Origin: Bacteroidales bacterium
GTDB lineage: Bacteria; Bacteroidota; Bacteroidia; Bacteroidales; Marinilabiliaceae
Reading direction: 5' to 3'
Assembly: GCA_022768325.1 (NCBI GenBank)
Contig: JALEMI010000072.1
Span: 2,318 to 66,317 of the forward strand
Length of the DNA: 64,000 bases
Below, piece after piece: positions 59,945 through 64,000 of this stretch (within the stretch, counting starts at the first letter, position 1; each line of letters opens with the position of its first letter). The translations under genes and the position numbers were made by a program. The notes under the pieces are model-generated. The model did no database searches and was not told where the DNA came from. It saw only the letters and a program-made list of their open reading frames with translations.

Positions 59945-61837
59945 ATGTTGCGCATTAAGTCTTTTTCGCCGCATTGCATCATCGTGGTGTTGATGGCTTT
60001 GCTTTCGCTTGCCGACCTTTCGGCAGGGGCTCTCGCTAAGTCCCGCCGACGGGGTAAGGTCTATGAGAATATCCTCGATTTCGGCTCTTGCGGTCGCCAT
60101 CTCTTCTGGAAATTCGAGGCCGGTGTCCTCAAAATCAGGGGCTTCGGCCCAATGGACAATTTCCCCACACCCTACGATGCCCCCTACGCCCCTTTCGCCA
60201 AAGACATCATCTCCGTTGTCCTCTCCGACAGCGTCACCAGCATCGGCTCCAATGCCTTCGCGCTCTGCTCAAATCTCCAGTCCATCAATATCCCGCGCTA
60301 TGTCGACCGCATCGGCCAACGGGCTTTCTACGGCTGCTCCCAGCTCGCCCAGCTCGATATGCCGCCCTTCATCGACCGCTTCGGCGACTACGCCTTTTTC
60401 CGATGCCTAAAGCTCACTACGCTCCCCATCCCTAAGAAGGTCCGCAAGATTCCCGCCGGCTGTTTCCAAGGCTGTGCGGGCATCACCAGTGCCGATGTCC
60501 CCGCAGGCGTCACGTCAATCGCGTCCCTCGCTTTCGCAGGGTGTAAAAATCTCTCGTCGGTCTCCATCCCAGCCTCGGCAACGTATATCGACGGCACAGC
60601 CTTTTCAGATTGCCCCGCCCTCGCCGATCTCAAAGTGGCGTCCGGAAATCCCGAGTACGAGACTCCCGGAGGCATCCTCATGACCCGCGACCACACTAAG
60701 CTCCTCCTCTATCCGTCGCTCCTCGCAGGCGAGTCGTATACCATCCCCGACGGCGTCCGACAAGTGGCGCAAGGCGCTTTCTATGCCGCTTCAAACCTCA
60801 AGGAGGTGACGTTCCCCCAAGGAGTCGACAGCATCGGAAACGGTGCTTTCTCCCATTGCGAGTCTCTTTATAAGATAACCATCTACGAGCCTTTCGATAA
60901 GTTCGGAACCCACGTCTTCGCCAATTGCCCAAACATCTCCGAAATCCACATAACGTCTACGGGCGAGTCCTACGCCATCATCGACGGCGTCCAATTCTCG
61001 GTCGACCGCAAGAAGCTCCTCGCCTATCCCATCCAACGCAAGGCCGAGGAGTATGTCGTCCCCGATGGCGTCGAGGTCATCGGTGCCAAGGCTTTCGCCT
61101 CATGCCCCAATCTCCGGACGGTCAAGATATCGCAGTCCGTTCACACCATCGAGAACGGTGCTTTCCACAAGTGCGGACTCCTGGAGACTGTCGCCCTGCC
61201 CGAGCAACTCGATAGCATCTGCCGCGGCGCGTTCTCCGAGTGCCCCTCGCTTAGGAATATCCAAATTCCTGAGACGGTCACGCTCATCGGCCCCTATGCG
61301 TTCTACAAGTGCGTGTCGCTCCGCAAGATTGTCCTCCCTCCCGGCCTCGGTCGCCTCTCGCAACACGCCTTCTCTTCTTGCTCGTCGCTCGAGACGGTCA
61401 GACTGCCCGAGGATATGGCGACAATCGATCCCTACGCCTTCGCGCAATGCTCAGCTCTGAAAAATTTGGAACTCAATCCCCTTCTCGATTCCATCGGCAA
61501 TTTTGCGTTCCAAGATTGCTATTCCCTCAATTCCATCGAGTTGCCGGCCGAGCTTCATTTCGTCGGGCGTGGCGTGTTCGAGAATTGTGTCGCGCTTACG
61601 TCCGTCACGCTCAATGAGAATATCCAGGTTTTCCCCCAACGCCTTTTCAACGGCTGTCGCTCTCTGGCGCAGTTGGTCGTCCCTACCGTCGCGCCGCCAA
61701 GGCTTGACCAGTCTCCGCTCCAAGGCGTGAATCTCGATAGGCTTGTCGTCGTTGTCGACGAGGAGTTTCTGAGTGCCTTTAAGAAAGATCTCTTTTGGGG
61801 TAAGATTCCCAATTATGAGACGTTCTCTCTGAAGTAA
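59945..61837 (+). CDS. Leucine-rich-repeat surface protein (BspA-like)
   Basis: It has a signal peptide and about 20 repeats of the pattern IP..V..IG..AF..C..L.. Confidence 0.85.
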   Translation: MLRIKSFSPHCIIVVLMALLSLADLSAGALAKSRRRGKVYENILDFGSCGRHLFWKFEAGVLKIRGFGPMDNFPTPYDAPYAPFAKDIISVVLSDSVTSIGSNAFALCSNLQSINIPRYVDRIGQRAFYGCSQLAQLDMPPFIDRFGDYAFFRCLKLTTLPIPKKVRKIPAGCFQGCAGITSADVPAGVTSIASLAFAGCKNLSSVSIPASATYIDGTAFSDCPALADLKVASGNPEYETPGGILMTRDHTKLLLYPSLLAGESYTIPDGVRQVAQGAFYAASNLKEVTFPQGVDSIGNGAFSHCESLYKITIYEPFDKFGTHVFANCPNISEIHITSTGESYAIIDGVQFSVDRKKLLAYPIQRKAEEYVVPDGVEVIGAKAFASCPNLRTVKISQSVHTIENGAFHKCGLLETVALPEQLDSICRGAFSECPSLRNIQIPETVTLIGPYAFYKCVSLRKIVLPPGLGRLSQHAFSSCSSLETVRLPEDMATIDPYAFAQCSALKNLELNPLLDSIGNFAFQDCYSLNSIELPAELHFVGRGVFENCVALTSVTLNENIQVFPQRLFNGCRSLAQLVVPTVAPPRLDQSPLQGVNLDRLVVVVDEEFLSAFKKDLFWGKIPNYETFSLK

Positions 61838-62548
61838 ATGGTCAGGTTCACCTTCTCCAAGCGAGGTTTTGCTGTTGCGTTCAAGCTCTTGGCCCTTCTT
61901 TTGGTCATGCCCTTTGTCGGGGTCTTTCTCTGCGTCCTTATCTATCGTTTCGTCCCCGTCACCGACACTGTCTACATGAGGCAGATGGCCGAGAAGAATA
62001 ATGCCGAGGTGCGTCAGCAGTGGGTCCCGCTCTCACAGATTTCCACCAATCTCCCGCTGGCTGTCGTTTCGTCCGAGGATAATCTTTTTACAAAACATAA
62101 CGGTTTCAGCTGGACAGCCATCGAGAGGGCGTATAACGAGAGCAAGAAGGGGAAGCGTGTTCGTGGCGGAAGCACCATTTCGCAACAGACCGCCAAGAAT
62201 GTCTTCCTTGCCAATAGCCACTCTTTCGTGAGGAAGATTTGCGAGGTCCCAATAACGCTGATGATTGAGCTCGTTTGGGGAAAACAGCGGATTATGGAGG
62301 TCTATCTCAATGTTGTTGAACTCGGCCCAGGGCTCTATGGTGCCGAGGCGGCTTCAAGAAAATATTTCAAACATCCGGCCAAGAGTTTGACCCCTGCCGA
62401 GGCCGCTCTCATGGCCGCTGTCCTGCCCAATCCCGTAAAGTTCAAGATTTCCGCCCCTTCGCCTTACATCCGTCGCCGCCAAGGGCAAATCGTTGCGCTA
62501 ATGCGCAAGATTCAAAAAGTTGACTATAATCGAGGCGACAAAGATTGA
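61838..62548 (+). CDS. mtgA: Monofunctional biosynthetic peptidoglycan transglycosylase
   Basis: It has an N-terminal TM helix and the GT51 motifs SSEDNLFTKHNGF and RGGSTISQQTAKNVFL. Confidence 0.9.
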   Translation: MVRFTFSKRGFAVAFKLLALLLVMPFVGVFLCVLIYRFVPVTDTVYMRQMAEKNNAEVRQQWVPLSQISTNLPLAVVSSEDNLFTKHNGFSWTAIERAYNESKKGKRVRGGSTISQQTAKNVFLANSHSFVRKICEVPITLMIELVWGKQRIMEVYLNVVELGPGLYGAEAASRKYFKHPAKSLTPAEAALMAAVLPNPVKFKISAPSPYIRRRQGQIVALMRKIQKVDYNRGDKD

Positions 62549-62664
62549 TTCCTCTTGCCTCGCTATGATGGGCGAACGCGCAAATTCTTACCGCTCAAGT
62601 TCCACCTTTTTCTGCAATATTTTAAACAAATTTATTAAAGGCTCGTAAAAACCGATGATTTCGA

Positions 62665-62705
62665 CACTTGCGAGCTTCTTTGCCGTTTCCGCAAGTGCTT
62701 TTATT
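62665..62705 (+). terminator. Terminator after mtgA
   Basis: The stem CACTTGCG (62665-62672) / CGCAAGTG (62690-62697) is followed by CTTTTATT. Confidence 0.65.
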
Positions 62706-62725
62706 CAACTTTTTCGGTTTAACTG

Positions 62726-64000
62726 ATGACGTTAAGAAATAAAATACTCTGTTCTGTCGTGCCGACAATGGCCGTTGTTATGCTCATTTCCGCCATTGTC
62801 AACTTTTATACAATTTTTAACCACCAAAAGGCGTCAAGCGAAGCGTCGCAACTTCTCCTGTCACGGCTCACCGCAAGACAGGTCACCGAGAGTCTCGATA
62901 ATTTGGTGGAAGAACTGACGTGGATGTCAATGCGTCCCGAGGTTCAAACTATGGATTGGGACCAGATGTCAGGATACCTCGGCCGAAAGTCCGCCGATAG
63001 CCAAGACAAGTTCTCAATGCTCATGGTCATAACTGCCGAGGGCGAGTATTATGTCGCCGGGCGAGGCTTCGTCCCCGACAGAAATCTGTCCGATCGCAAG
63101 TATTTCAAGCAGGTGATGTTCGATGGGAAGGCTTCCGCAATGACGAGCCCAGACCTCTCCAAGTCAACGGGCGAGATGAAGTATACCGTAGCCGTCCCCA
63201 TCTGCGATGCCGAGCACAATGCCGTGGGTGTCCTCGCCGCCAATGTCAGCCTCTCCACGCTCTCGTCCCTTGTCGCCGCCGATACCACTTCCGCCGATAG
63301 CTTCGTCTGGGCGCTCGACGAGAAGACTACGGTCATCGGCGCGTCCGACCGCTCGCTCCTCATGAAGTGCAATCTCGATTCGCTCTCCATGACCTGCGCG
63401 GGTGTCGATTCTATCGCCCAAGCGGTCAAGATTCAGCAAGTCAAGAGCGGATACATCACCATGCCCGGCGGAAACACCTATTTCGCCACTTGCCAACCTA
63501 TCGGCAACACGCCGGGTTGGTCCCTGCTCACGGCCGAGTCCAATAATAAGCTCCTCGAAGTCGCGCGTGTCACGTTGTCCCAGTCGCTCATCATGCTCTT
63601 CATCATGCTCGTCATAGTCGCTGTCCTGGTCTACATCTTGCTGAGGGTTTGGCTCTCACGCCCCCTCGATAAGCTCTCCAGCGTCATAGCCCAAGTTGCC
63701 GACGGAAATCTCAATGTCGAGGCTGATCTCAAGAGCAATGGCCGCGACGAGATTTCACTCATCTACACCTCTGTGCAGCTCATGTGCGAAAGGCTTTCAT
63801 ATATTGTGTCCGATATTAAGAAAGCGTCGGAGTCGCTCGCCTCATCAAGTCAGCAGGTCTCTTCGCTCTCGCAAAATCTCTCTTCCGGAGCCAAACGCCA
63901 GGCTGTGAACATCAAGGCCCTGACAGAGTCCACAACCAACATGGTCTCCGACATCCAAGCCAATTTTGCCAACACCCGAAAGGCCGATAGTGCTTTCTCT
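62726..64000 (+). CDS. Methyl-accepting chemotaxis-type receptor (Cache-like sensor + HAMP + start of MCP signalling domain), 3' end outside window
   Basis: It is not in the ORF track because it runs off the window edge. Hand translation starts at ATG 62726 (MTLRNKILCSVVPTMAVVMLISAIV..., TM1). About 270 aa of periplasmic region follow, containing YFKQVM...YTVAVPI. TM2 is LIMLFIMLVIVAVLVYILL. HAMP is RPLDKLSSVIAQVADGNLNV..GRDEISLIY. The sequence then reads SSSQQVSSLSQNLSSGAKRQAVNIKALTESTTNM. Confidence 0.75.
   Translation, partial: MTLRNKILCSVVPTMAVVMLISAIVNFYTIFNHQKASSEASQLLLSRLTARQVTESLDNLVEELTWMSMRPEVQTMDWDQMSGYLGRKSADSQDKFSMLMVITAEGEYYVAGRGFVPDRNLSDRKYFKQVMFDGKASAMTSPDLSKSTGEMKYTVAVPICDAEHNAVGVLAANVSLSTLSSLVAADTTSADSFVWALDEKTTVIGASDRSLLMKCNLDSLSMTCAGVDSIAQAVKIQQVKSGYITMPGGNTYFATCQPIGNTPGWSLLTAESNNKLLEVARVTLSQSLIMLFIMLVIVAVLVYILLRVWLSRPLDKLSSVIAQVADGNLNVEADLKSNGRDEISLIYTSVQLMCERLSYIVSDIKKASESLASSSQQVSSLSQNLSSGAKRQAVNIKALTESTTNMVSDIQANFANTRKADSAFS

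Overview
This 64-kb window looks like a chromosomal segment from a GC-rich member of the Bacteroidota, probably Bacteroidales. Four things support that. RpoD is short (about 287 aa) and lacks region 1.1. A textbook TTTG-N20-TAnnTTTG promoter sits in front of rpmH. Many proteins carry lipoprotein or signal peptides. The gene content is typical of the group: DUF4270- and DUF3078-type proteins, a BspA-like LRR protein, GH43 enzymes and a HlyD/ABC-2 export module. I call about 50 protein genes. Most are housekeeping or envelope functions: guaB (5' truncated by the window edge), rpmH, der, tatA/tatC, htrA, rpoD, bcp, rsmG, recG, eno and mtgA. I found no rRNA, tRNA, CRISPR array, transposase or integrase. 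Four accessory-looking patches stand out. (1) 15.1-18.2 kb holds a divergent pair of domain-less orphan genes plus about 0.5 kb of hairpin-rich non-coding DNA. (2) 25.1-26.8 kb holds an AAA+ ATPase with a C-terminal PD-(D/E)xK-like motif, and its start codon abuts an array of 11 head-to-tail 33-bp repeats. (3) 46.6-50.0 kb is an AT-rich island with an overlapping ABC-type ATPase + RloB/Toprim-like pair (AbiL-like defence candidate) and a membrane acyltransferase. (4) 56.2-58.2 kb is an AT-rich insertion with a gamma-class N6-adenine DNA methyltransferase, a coupled small ORF and no visible endonuclease. A methyl-accepting chemotaxis-type receptor runs off the 3' edge. None of these is proven novel from sequence alone. 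The repeat-array/ATPase locus and the orphan pair are the least explained by known families. Coordinates of small features were counted by hand, and functions are inferred from motifs visible in the translations.
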